Shown piece by piece: positions 1 to 11,710 of a stretch of DNA of 62,820 nucleotides. The stretch is taken from positions 1 to 62,820 of the forward strand of contig CADAGD010000020.1 of NCBI GenBank assembly GCA_902787375.1. The letters are read 5' to 3'. How positions within the stretch are numbered: the stretch's first letter is position 1; each line of letters starts with the position of its first letter. The notes beneath the pieces are model-generated. The model was not told the origin of the DNA. It ran no database searches and saw only the letters and a list, made by a program, of their open reading frames with translations. A program made the translations under genes and the position numbers. The stretch comes from an uncultured Eubacteriales bacterium. GTDB taxonomy: Bacteria > Bacillota > Clostridia > Christensenellales > CAG-138.

Positions 1-176
1 GCTGCTTCGGCGTTCCGTTAAAATTGCAACACCGTTGCGATTTCTTAACACTACACGCTCGCGCGGCTCCCTTTGGTCGCAATATCAATACTATCAGAGC
101 TTGTTTGATTTAATCAGCGTTTACTCAAACAGACGATGATAAACTAACAATCAGCAACAATTGTGGGGATGTCAAT

Positions 177-455
177 TTAAAGCATGTGCTCGTCGATGTA
201 ATTCGTCTTATATAGCAGCTCCAGCCAATAACCGGTTTCACTTGCCTCTTTGAGGGCGATCTCAAGCCTGGAAATGAAATCTTTCCTTCCCTGCGCATAG
301 TTGGCTCCGTATATATTCGCGCCAATGGAAGTACCGGAACGTCCGATCTGATTGGAGATAACGGATTCGTGTTTGGACTTCAAGTCTTTTACAAGGTTGA
401 TTATCTGAACGGAAAAATCCATGGACAGTTCTGCAAGCTTATTCTCTTCTTTCAT
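177..455 (-). pseudogene. Four-helix-bundle protein (23S rRNA IVP / Avd-like family), C-terminally truncated
   Basis: ATG at 455 with AGAGGTG RBS. MKEENKLAELSMDFSVQII...NQIGRSGTSIGANI..A..AQGRKDFISRLEIALKEASETGYWLELL is the family signature. It stops after 92 aa, apparently lacking the last helix. Confidence 0.8.
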
Positions 456-504
456 AACAACACCTCTGGGAGATGCATAAAATGTAACATATAGTTGGCG
501 ACAA

Positions 505-650
505 ATCAATGATGCCACCGCCTTTGGCGGCTGATGATGTTTCGGCTGACGCCGAAATGATGCAGATCGCTGCGCGATCAATGATGCGATGTTTGCCCTA
601 ATGTGCCCGCAGGCACACATCATTAGCGAAGCGGCATCATGCGCGAAGCA
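505..650. repeat. ATGATG/CATCAT hairpin-array element, copy A
   Basis: Short hairpins separated by ATGATG (left half) and CATCAT (right half). 552-650 is identical over 99 bp to 1701-1799. Confidence 0.9.
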
Positions 651-720
651 TACCAAAGCATAGAAAGAACGCCTAAAAAACATTCCTGCGGGCAGCTCTG
701 CAAAAAGCTGTCCGTTCCGG

Positions 721-1575
721 CTACCGATCACCGAACCGTTTTGCAGCGAAAACGCTGCTGTATATCTCCAAAAAGCCGAGGGAATCATACAGGGTTCTGG
801 CCTTGTTGTTGCCGACCACGCACCAAAGAGTGGGCACGCCTTCGCCCTTCTCTATGATGCGGTTTACAAGAAACTGAACGAATGCGCGTCCAAATCCCTT
901 GCCCTGATGGGAGATCTTGACCGATACGAAATCCAGCTCGCTGCCGTCGATCATTGCGTGGCCGACGATCTCATCCCCGGACAAGTACACGTATCCGTCA
1001 TCCGCGTGTTCCGCCCAATACTTTCGTTCTTCCTCGTTTGGCTGAGCGATTACGGAATCCGGGAACCATCCCGTTCCCAGACGCATGACGTGAAATGCTT
1101 CAGCGTACATCGCAAATGCTTCGGGATAATCTTCGTCCCGGTAGTGCCGGATCGGCAGTTCCCGTTCGGGAAACTTGTCGCCCCGGTACTCCATCAGAGC
1201 GGACACATACTTTTTAACGTATCCGTGCTTCTCTGCAAGACGGATCGCTGCCGTACAGTCACTGCGGTACGTTGTCAAAATGCGGATCAAAGGGGATGCC
1301 TTTATCTGTTGTTCCATGGCCGTAACCGCCATGTTCCCATACCCTTTGTTCCGATAAGCCGGGAAAATATAAACATATAAGAAACCTTTGGGTTCATCCT
1401 CTATATATGAAAAGCCTATGACGGTATCGGCAAGACAGATCGCGTACAAACCTTCGCCATTTTCATAAACCACGTCAAAAAACCAAGGTGCATCCGAGTA
1501 ATCGATCTGGTCGATATACTTCACTGCAGCGTCTGATTTAACAATATCGATTTTCTTCGAAGTTGTATGTTCCAT
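721..1575 (-). CDS. Tandem-domain GNAT family N-acetyltransferase
   Basis: Two acetyl-CoA binding motifs (YRNKGYG, HQGKGFG) and NNKARTLYDSLGF. ATG at 1575 with AAGGAG RBS. Confidence 0.85.
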   Translation of the reverse strand: MEHTTSKKIDIVKSDAAVKYIDQIDYSDAPWFFDVVYENGEGLYAICLADTVIGFSYIEDEPKGFLYVYIFPAYRNKGYGNMAVTAMEQQIKASPLIRILTTYRSDCTAAIRLAEKHGYVKKYVSALMEYRGDKFPERELPIRHYRDEDYPEAFAMYAEAFHVMRLGTGWFPDSVIAQPNEEERKYWAEHADDGYVYLSGDEIVGHAMIDGSELDFVSVKISHQGKGFGRAFVQFLVNRIIEKGEGVPTLWCVVGNNKARTLYDSLGFLEIYSSVFAAKRFGDR

Positions 1576-1609
1576 ACTAATCTCCTTTTCCATACAGTTT
1601 GACGCAATG

Positions 1610-1638
1610 ATAGTATCATATTCACAGCGCAAATGCAA
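1610..1638 (-). promoter_or_regulatory. sigma-A type promoter of the GNAT gene
   Basis: TTGCAT-N17-TACTAT with an extended TG. Confidence 0.6.
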
Positions 1639-1675
1639 GAAGAAACCTCCCTAGCCCCAGTGGACAACAGAGGTT

Positions 1676-1850
1676 ATCAATGATGCTTCTCCGCTGCGCT
1701 CCGAAATGATGCAGATCGCTGCGCGATCAATGATGCGATGTTTGCCCTAATGTGCCCGCAGGCACACATCATTAGCGAAGCGGCATCATGCGCGAAGCAC
1801 GGCATCATGCGCGAAGCACACATCATTTGCCCGCAAGGGCAAACATCATT
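1676..1850. repeat. ATGATG/CATCAT hairpin-array element, copy B (most complete)
   Basis: Same architecture as copy A. Adds a 19-bp tandem duplication (1781-1799/1800-1818) and a TTTGCCC-GCAA-GGGCAAA hairpin. Confidence 0.9.
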
Positions 1851-1894
1851 CAAAAACGCCTCTTTTGTCCGGTAGACAAAAGAGGCGTTTTTGA
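1850..1894 (-). terminator. Intrinsic terminator directly after tRNA-Pro
   Basis: Perfect 20-bp stem TCAAAAACGCCTCTTTTGTC-CGGTA-GACAAAAGAGGCGTTTTTGA. Confidence 0.8.
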
Positions 1895-1971
1895 TGGTCG
1901 GAGCGGCGAGATTTGAACTCGCGACCTCCTGGTCCCGAACCAGGCGCGCTACCGAACTGCGCTACACCCCG
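1895..1971 (-). tRNA. tRNA-Pro(CGG)
   Basis: CGGGGTGTAGCGCAGTTCGGTAGCGCG-CCTGG-TTCGGGA-CCAGG...GTTCAAATC...CCA; 77 nt cloverleaf. Confidence 0.97.
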
Positions 1972-1990
1972 GAAAAAATATTCAAAAAAA

Positions 1991-2066
1991 TGGAGCCAAT
2001 GCAGGGATTCGAACCCTGGACCTGCGCATTACGAATGCGCTGCTCTACCAGCTGAGCTACATTGGC
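1991..2066 (-). tRNA. tRNA-Thr(CGT)
   Basis: GCCAATGTAGCTCAGCTGGTAGAGCA-GCGCA-TTCGTAA-TGCGC...GTTCGAATCC...CCA; 76 nt. Confidence 0.97.
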
Positions 2067-2276
2067 TTGCACGGTTATTTATTATAACAGATTAATTCGA
2101 GTTTGTCACTACCTTTTTTATCCAAAAGTGGGGTTTTCTCAAAATATATTACTCGCGGAAAATATACTTTATTATATGCGGAATCCTTCTTGTTTTTCCT
2201 TGCGCGGAAAGTTATAATTGTATTTGATAAATAACCATAATGGCTCAAAATGGGCCTTATGGAAAAACTCTTATAA

Positions 2277-5807
<3,531 letters not shown>

Positions 5808-5829
5808 TCTTGTAAAGGCTTAAAAAACG

Positions 5830-5866
5830 TCACCTCACGCGGATACCCTCCGCGTGAGGTGATTTC
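5830..5866 (+). terminator. Intrinsic terminator after PFOR
   Basis: Perfect stem TCACCTCACGCGGA-TACCC-TCCGCGTGAGGTGA followed by TTT. Confidence 0.7.
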
Positions 5867-5875
5867 ATAAGTGAT

Positions 5876-6751
5876 ATGGACAATAAGAAAAGCTTTGACG
5901 CGGCTATAATGGAAGCGTTTACCGATCGTCCCCTGTCCGGCAACGCGGCGGGCGTTATATTCCTCGGCAGCAATGTTTTTCCGACGGACGTCGCCTGCAT
6001 AGGCATCGCATCGGAGCTTAAGCACTCCGAAACGGCTTTTATACGGCAGCTCTCTCCCGTGGAGTTTGAAATAAAATACTTCACCCCTGTTTGCGAGGCG
6101 GCACTCTGCGGCCACGCGACAATCGCCTCATTCTCGTTCCTGCGAGACAGCGGAGTTTGCGGCACTGGCGGCACGGGCGAAATGCTCGTCCATACAACCG
6201 CGGGCGATATTCGCGTGACCGTTGAAAAGGACTCCGTATGGCTCGACATGGCGCGTGCCGAAACATTGTTCGAGGTTGATAATAAAACCTGCCGCGAGCT
6301 TTATTCCGCATTCGAGCTTCCGTACAGAGCCGATGTGAACGGACTTGTTCCCAAAGCAGTATCGGTCGGACTGACCGACATAATGCTCCCCGTGAATGAT
6401 TTGGAGGAGCTGAGTGCTGCGAAGCAGAACGAATCGCTCGTATCGGAAATCAGCCGCAGACTTGATGTAACAGGCGTCCACATGTTCTGCATAGCCCATG
6501 ACGAATATGCCGCACATTGCCGCAATTTTGCTCCGCTTTACGGTATTCCCGAAGAATGCGCGACCGGAACCTCCAACGGCGCGCTGTTCCACTACCTTTC
6601 CGAATACGGCGTAACAGGCTCCTCCCCCGTCCGCTTCATTCAGGGAGAGAGCATGGGCAGACCGTCGATAATCAAAGCACGCCTTGACGGTTCAAAAGTC
6701 CGCGTGGGCGGCTCGGCGTATACACTCCTTTCAGGTCGAATACAGGTGTGA
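5876..6751 (+). CDS. PhzF family epimerase/isomerase
   Basis: AFT..PLSGNAAGV, SETAF, LCGHATIA, EECATGTSNG and QGESMGRPS motifs. Confidence 0.9.
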   Translation: MDNKKSFDAAIMEAFTDRPLSGNAAGVIFLGSNVFPTDVACIGIASELKHSETAFIRQLSPVEFEIKYFTPVCEAALCGHATIASFSFLRDSGVCGTGGTGEMLVHTTAGDIRVTVEKDSVWLDMARAETLFEVDNKTCRELYSAFELPYRADVNGLVPKAVSVGLTDIMLPVNDLEELSAAKQNESLVSEISRRLDVTGVHMFCIAHDEYAAHCRNFAPLYGIPEECATGTSNGALFHYLSEYGVTGSSPVRFIQGESMGRPSIIKARLDGSKVRVGGSAYTLLSGRIQV

Positions 6752-6762
6752 TGTTTCCATTT

Positions 6763-7092
6763 TCAACCCGCCGCATAAGCTTTCCGCCTGCTCTCCTCAT
6801 CAAGCCTCCAAAGCATGGCATGGACAAACTCCAATGGCGTCGGCGGTACTGTCGAGTACGGAAATAGGCTCCTTATGCCGCCCTCATTCATATCCCATGC
6901 GTATCGTATCGCGTATCTCATGCAACGCTCAACCTGACGCATTTCGCGTTCGTTATCCGACAGCCTTATCGCCTCGCTCACATCACAGCCGCTCGACTCG
7001 GCTTTTCTCAATGCCTTGCTCAGATAATGAAACCCCTTGTGACGCGGTGAAAGACCCATCATAAACATTTCCTTTTCCACAGATACTCCCAT
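6763..7092 (-). CDS. Stand-alone Spo0A C-terminal DNA-binding domain protein
   Basis: HKGFHYL..A, QVERCMRYAI..AW and PTPLEFV match the Spo0A effector domain; no receiver domain; GAGGAGG RBS. Confidence 0.8.
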   Translation of the reverse strand: MGVSVEKEMFMMGLSPRHKGFHYLSKALRKAESSGCDVSEAIRLSDNEREMRQVERCMRYAIRYAWDMNEGGIRSLFPYSTVPPTPLEFVHAMLWRLDEESRRKAYAAG

Positions 7093-7337
7093 ATTACCCT
7101 CCTCATTCGCGTTTTGTTGCCTTGTACTTCAGACAGACGGCAATGTAATCAGCTAAAAGCTTCCATTCTTGCCTATTATTATCATATCACTTAAAGTGAA
7201 AACATTCGACTTATTTCACCCTTAAAGCAATCTCAACCACAGGTTTAATCCTGTGTCAAAACGGATGCTGTACATCCGCTCAAAAAAGCTGTATTATATT
7301 GCCGTCAGCTGAACAAACAATGAAAGAGGAGAATAAC

Positions 7338-8360
7338 ATGGAACTCAGCAACAAACTTCATGCCCTCAGAACGTCAAAGGGCATAACTCAGGAAAAGCTC
7401 GCCGAGTGCATTGGCGTAACCGCTCAAGCGGTTTCAAAATGGGAGCGCGGTATTGCCCTGCCCGACATCAGCCTTCTGCCGGAACTCTCCGTCTATTTCG
7501 GAGTCAGCATCGACGATCTTTTCGGCTTGACCGAGGAAAAGGAATACGACCGCATACAGAACATGCTCTGGGATGAGCGGCTGCTTTCTGCGGATGAGAT
7601 ATACCGCACCGAGCGTTGGGTTGATGAGAAGGTAAGGGCGGGCTACCGTCCTGCCGACTGCATAAGGCTCAAAGCGGATATGTACAACCATCTCGCCCGC
7701 GCCTACAACGATATGGCGGCGGATGCCGCGATGGAGGCTTTGACGCTCGATCCCAACTGCAAGGATGCTCACGGCGAGCTGAACGAGGGACTTCGCGGGT
7801 TCATTCCCGATTGGAACGCACGCAATCATTACAAGCTCATATCCTTCTACAAGGATTTTGTGAAGAAGAACCCGGACGACTGGCGCGCCCATATGTGGCT
7901 GCTTGACAATCTGCTTGACGATATGCGCCTTGAAGAAGCCGAGGAGGCTCTGCGCGGGCTTGAAAAATGCGACAGCACGTTCCGCACGCCCCTCTACCGC
8001 GCCAAGCTGCTCTGGGCAAGGGGAAAATGCGACGAAGCGCGAGAGGTGTTCAAGCAGATGGAAACCGACTTTGCCGATGAGTGGATGGTGTTCTTTGAAA
8101 TATCCGAGCTTTGCGTGCTTGAGGGCGATTACGCTTCCGCCATCGAGTACATGAAGAAGGCACAGGCAAAGCAGGAAAAGCCCCGCTTTGCCGATACCTA
8201 TGAGGCTCTCGCTCAGCTCTATGAGATAGTCGGCGACTATCCCCACGCTGTTGAAATGCTCGAAGGGGAACTCCGCCTGTTCAAGGAGGATTGGGGCTTT
8301 GATAAGGGTGAAACCGCCGATTATGTAAGACGCGAAATAGCAAGGTTGAAAAATATGTAA
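7338..8360 (+). CDS. XRE-family HTH regulator with C-terminal TPR repeats
   Basis: ITQEKLAECIGVTAQAVSKWERG..LPDISLLPELS HTH, followed by helical TPR-like repeats; GAGGAG RBS. Confidence 0.85.
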   Translation: MELSNKLHALRTSKGITQEKLAECIGVTAQAVSKWERGIALPDISLLPELSVYFGVSIDDLFGLTEEKEYDRIQNMLWDERLLSADEIYRTERWVDEKVRAGYRPADCIRLKADMYNHLARAYNDMAADAAMEALTLDPNCKDAHGELNEGLRGFIPDWNARNHYKLISFYKDFVKKNPDDWRAHMWLLDNLLDDMRLEEAEEALRGLEKCDSTFRTPLYRAKLLWARGKCDEAREVFKQMETDFADEWMVFFEISELCVLEGDYASAIEYMKKAQAKQEKPRFADTYEALAQLYEIVGDYPHAVEMLEGELRLFKEDWGFDKGETADYVRREIARLKNM

Positions 8361-8374
8361 ACCCATATGCGGCG

Positions 8375-8410
8375 ACGGGGAAGCGTTGTGATGCGCTTCC
8401 CCGTTCTTCT
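8375..8410 (+). terminator. Intrinsic terminator
   Basis: ACGGGGAAGCG-N8-CGCTTCCCCGT plus a T-rich tail. Confidence 0.65.
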
Positions 8411-8518
8411 GTATCGCACATAATTCCGCAGACATTCTCAAAATGTCGATAGAAAATGGAGAACTTTTTTGCTCTATAATTCACAAAAAGTTCCCCATAA
8501 AAGTCAATTATTTTATAA

Positions 8519-8743
8519 TCATAAATTCATGCTCGGATCATCGGTTCTTCCAACTATGTAATCCAATGATACACCATACAGATCGGCAATGCGGATAAGT
8601 ATTTCCAACTTAGGCTCCCGCGTCATAAGCTCATAGTTTTGATAGGCTTTCTCAGTTATATCACAATACACAGCGACCTGCATCTGAGTAAAGCCTTTTT
8701 CCTTTCTGCACGTTTTCAGACGTTCGGCTAATATCTCCCGCAT
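8519..8743 (-). CDS. Small XRE-family HTH regulator
   Basis: RLKTCRKEKGFTQMQVA...YQNYE...EPKLEILIRIADLYGVSLDYIVGR; AGGTGG RBS. Confidence 0.85.
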   Translation of the reverse strand: MREILAERLKTCRKEKGFTQMQVAVYCDITEKAYQNYELMTREPKLEILIRIADLYGVSLDYIVGRTDDPSMNL

Positions 8744-8838
8744 AAAACACCACCTACGTTTGTTCTTGACATAATAATTGTAGGCAATTATCATTACTGA
8801 TATACCAACAATCGTTGGTTAATGAGAGGAGTAATGAA

Positions 8839-9258
8839 ATGATCGTAGCATTTTGTGGACATCGAGAAGTGCAGCAACCGGAAAATGTCAGAAAATGGTT
8901 GGTAAAGATCGTTGAGGACTTAGTGTTTGAAGGAGCTGATTGCTTTTTTATCGGTGGTTATGGTCAATTCGATGCCATGGCTGCTGGTGTCGTTCTAAAT
9001 CTAAAGCAAAAATATCCGCATATACGTTCCGTACTTGTGCTGCCATACTTGGATCGAAAATATGATGCAACCATGTATGATGAAACAATCTTTCCTCCAC
9101 TTGAAAATGTGCCAAGGCGGTATGCCATTCTAAGACGTAATGAATACATGGTAGATTGCGCCGACATAATAGTCGCGTATGTCAATTATAATATTGGAGG
9201 TGCAGCAAGAACCCTTCAATACGCAGAAAGGAAACACAAGAGAATCATCCGTTTCTGA
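8839..9258 (+). CDS. SLOG superfamily (YpsA/DUF1273-like) protein
   Basis: VAFCGHR, FFIGGYGQFD, RRNEYMVD and GGAARTLQYA motifs. Confidence 0.8.
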   Translation: MIVAFCGHREVQQPENVRKWLVKIVEDLVFEGADCFFIGGYGQFDAMAAGVVLNLKQKYPHIRSVLVLPYLDRKYDATMYDETIFPPLENVPRRYAILRRNEYMVDCADIIVAYVNYNIGGAARTLQYAERKHKRIIRF

Positions 9259-9347
9259 TGGTTTGGCTCTATCAATCGAACATAACAAAGGAGCAAAGCT
9301 TATTAGCCTCGCTCCTTAAAATCCCTTATTTCACTTAACTTTTCGGC

Positions 9348-9893
9348 TTATTTGAAGTACCTCTCAAGCAGGCCCTTCAAAGCCTTGCCGTGCCTTGCCT
9401 CGTCGCGTGCCATCTCATGGACTGTATCGTGGATGGCGTCAAGTCCGAGCTCCTTAGCGCGCTTGGCGAGGTCGGTCTTGCCGGCGGTCGCGCCGTTCTC
9501 GGCGTCAACACGCATTTCGAGGTTCTTCTTGGTGCTGTCGGTGACGACTTCGCCGAGCAGCTCCGCGAACTTGGCGGCATGCTCCGCCTCTTCAAAGGCT
9601 GCCTTCTCCCAGTAAAGACCGATTTCGGGATAGCCTTCACGGTGTGCGACCCTCGCCATGGCAAGGTACATACCAACCTCTGTGCATTCGCCATTGAAAT
9701 TGGCGCGCAGATCGTTTATTATATCCTCACGCGCACCCTGGGCGACGCCTACAAAATGCTCGGCAGCCCAGCTCATTTCCTCAGCCTGCTCGTTGAACTT
9801 GGAGCCGGGAACCTTGCACTGGGGACAGAACTCAGGGGGAGTGGGCCCAACATGAACATAACCGCATACGGGACATACCCATCTTTTATTCAT
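9348..9893 (-). CDS. Reverse rubrerythrin / NADH peroxidase
   Basis: N-terminal rubredoxin CPVC...CPQC plus di-iron motifs EAEH and EARH. Confidence 0.92.
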   Translation of the reverse strand: MNKRWVCPVCGYVHVGPTPPEFCPQCKVPGSKFNEQAEEMSWAAEHFVGVAQGAREDIINDLRANFNGECTEVGMYLAMARVAHREGYPEIGLYWEKAAFEEAEHAAKFAELLGEVVTDSTKKNLEMRVDAENGATAGKTDLAKRAKELGLDAIHDTVHEMARDEARHGKALKGLLERYFK

Positions 9894-9974
9894 AGTAAAA
9901 AACCTCCGTTAAAATAAGTTTATGACCAAATCCGATCAATCATGATGATATTATATCAGATATTTCATCCTGTG

Positions 9975-11060
9975 TCAATGCTTGAAATAGAGCTTTCCCG
10001 GAGTGACGGTGATACTGCCGTGGGTGACTCCACCGGTGGCGGATACCATTGCCACGCTTTCCATGACGGTTATCTCCAGAGGCAGATAGGAACCCTTTGA
10101 GTCCTTGTTCAAATCCTTCTCTTTGGGGAGAGCTTTCACCTTGTACTTTATTGTGATTATGGAGCCGGACATCTGAACTCCGCCATATTCAAACGACGTT
10201 AAAAACAGCGCGACCACCGTATAGTGTTTTCCGGCTATGCCATAGGGAACATTGCCCGTCATGCCCTCATAATTTATGTTATACACGACACGCGGGACGT
10301 CCGACCACGGCTCATCATCATCCCATGTTTCGTTTATCTTCGCCACAAGGCTGCCGTCCCTCGCGTCATAGCAGGCAACGGGCTCTATGTATTCATCGGG
10401 ATACATCACAAGCCAATGCCCGGCATACAGGCAGCTTTTCTCATTAGACAAATCGAACGACCAGAGGAACGTGTCCCCGACCTTGAGATTTGAGCAATCG
10501 ACCTCACCGCCCGTGTACACGGCTTCAAAGTCGTTCGGCACATCGGGCTTGGGTACTGAGGGTTGGCTGCCCTGTGTTGGCGAGGTCGTATTGCCGGGAG
10601 CCGCTGTGGGCTTGGGCGTACCCGGCTTTTCGGTCGGCTTATTTGTCGGTTTATTCGTCGGCTTGTTCGTCGGTTCGCCCGGCTTTGGCGTAACCGCTGC
10701 CGCAGTCGGCGCAGGCGAAGCGCTTTCGGTTCCTGCCGCTGTATTGGTCGGCTTCGCGCTGTCTAAAGCCGCGGTATACGGAGTCGCCGTCGGCCCCTCG
10801 GTCACCTGCCCGTCCGGGGATTGGGTTATGACCGGAACATCGGTCGCGGAGTCTTCCGTCAGCCCTGCCTCCTCGTTCGCTTTTGAGCTGTTCTCAGGCG
10901 TCGCCGTCGGCCCCGCCGTCACGGATTCGTCGGCGGATTGGGTAACAACCGGCACATCCGTCCAGTTCACGGTTTCCTCATTGTTTCCTTCGGGCTTGAC
11001 GCACGAAACCGCGGACAACAAGACTGCCGAGCATAGCATCAATGAAAGTATTCGTTTCAT
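9975..11060 (-). CDS. Lipoprotein with a Pro/Thr linker and a C-terminal cohesin-like beta-sandwich
   Basis: Lipobox SAVSC and a long PT linker. The C-domain (KVGDTFLWSFDL..AGHWLVMYPDEYIEPV...GSIITIKYKVK) follows the cohesin strand pattern; that domain call is by eye. Confidence 0.6.
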   Translation of the reverse strand: MKRILSLMLCSAVLLSAVSCVKPEGNNEETVNWTDVPVVTQSADESVTAGPTATPENSSKANEEAGLTEDSATDVPVITQSPDGQVTEGPTATPYTAALDSAKPTNTAAGTESASPAPTAAAVTPKPGEPTNKPTNKPTNKPTEKPGTPKPTAAPGNTTSPTQGSQPSVPKPDVPNDFEAVYTGGEVDCSNLKVGDTFLWSFDLSNEKSCLYAGHWLVMYPDEYIEPVACYDARDGSLVAKINETWDDDEPWSDVPRVVYNINYEGMTGNVPYGIAGKHYTVVALFLTSFEYGGVQMSGSIITIKYKVKALPKEKDLNKDSKGSYLPLEITVMESVAMVSATGGVTHGSITVTPGKLYFKH

Positions 11061-11086
11061 ATTGTTAACCTCCTGTTACTACCTGT

Positions 11087-11698
11087 TTATCGCTGACCTT
11101 CGTCACCGTTCGGACTGTAATCACCGTCCGCAAGCCCCATAAGGTACTCCTTTTGGAGCATCGCGTAATGAAAGATACTGCGCCAGCCGTATCTTCCCGA
11201 AACCCTTGTGTAGCACGATTTTATAAAATGCGCTTCCCTTCGCATACCCACGGCTTCCAGCACCCTGACCGATTGGATGTTCTTATCATCGCAGCAGGCA
11301 TAGGCCCTGTGAAGCTCAAGTCCCAGAAAAGTGAATCTCAGAAGACCTCTTACCGCCTCCGACGCATACCCGTTATGCCAGAAACGCTTCGTGAGTATGT
11401 AGCCGACGGACGCCTGACGGCGATCGTCCTCAAGCGCAAGCTTTACCGTTCCCACAAATCCATCGTTTTCTTTCAGGCAAAGCGCAAGCACAAAGCTTTT
11501 GCGGGGACTCTCTATCATGTCGGCAATACCCCTTTTAACAAAGGCTTTCGTGTCATCCATGCTCATGGGCGACCACGGCATGAAGCCTGAATTGAATATG
11601 TCGGAGGCGTATTCAAACACGTTCTCGGCGTCACTCGGAACAAGCTCACGCGCATACAGGCGTGCTGTTTCAAAGACCACGTTTGAAGCAGAGTTCAT
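11087..11698 (-). CDS. RimJ/RimL-type GNAT acetyltransferase
   Basis: ETARLYAREL, VGYILTKRFWHNGYASEA, NIQSVRVLEAVGMRRE. Confidence 0.9.
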   Translation of the reverse strand: MNSASNVVFETARLYARELVPSDAENVFEYASDIFNSGFMPWSPMSMDDTKAFVKRGIADMIESPRKSFVLALCLKENDGFVGTVKLALEDDRRQASVGYILTKRFWHNGYASEAVRGLLRFTFLGLELHRAYACCDDKNIQSVRVLEAVGMRREAHFIKSCYTRVSGRYGWRSIFHYAMLQKEYLMGLADGDYSPNGDEGQR

Positions 11699-11710
11699 TC
11701 AAGCCTCCCG

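Noticed and set aside
78-91. 14-bp match TCGCAATATCAATA with 30498-30511
   Set aside because: Short and AT-rich with no extended similarity; chance is sufficient.
456-788. N-terminal extension of the 203-aa ORF 177..788
   Set aside because: Read-through of the non-coding repeat; the RBS and family similarity begin at ATG 455.
177-1799. Diversity-generating retroelement (Avd-like gene plus a repeat pair)
   Set aside because: No reverse transcriptase in the window; the 99-bp repeats are identical and non-coding, with no adenine-specific mismatches.
505-1850. ATGATG-punctuated arrays as a CRISPR array
   Set aside because: The constant part is only 5-7 bp, the variable parts are self-complementary hairpins, orientation flips mid-element, and there are no cas genes.
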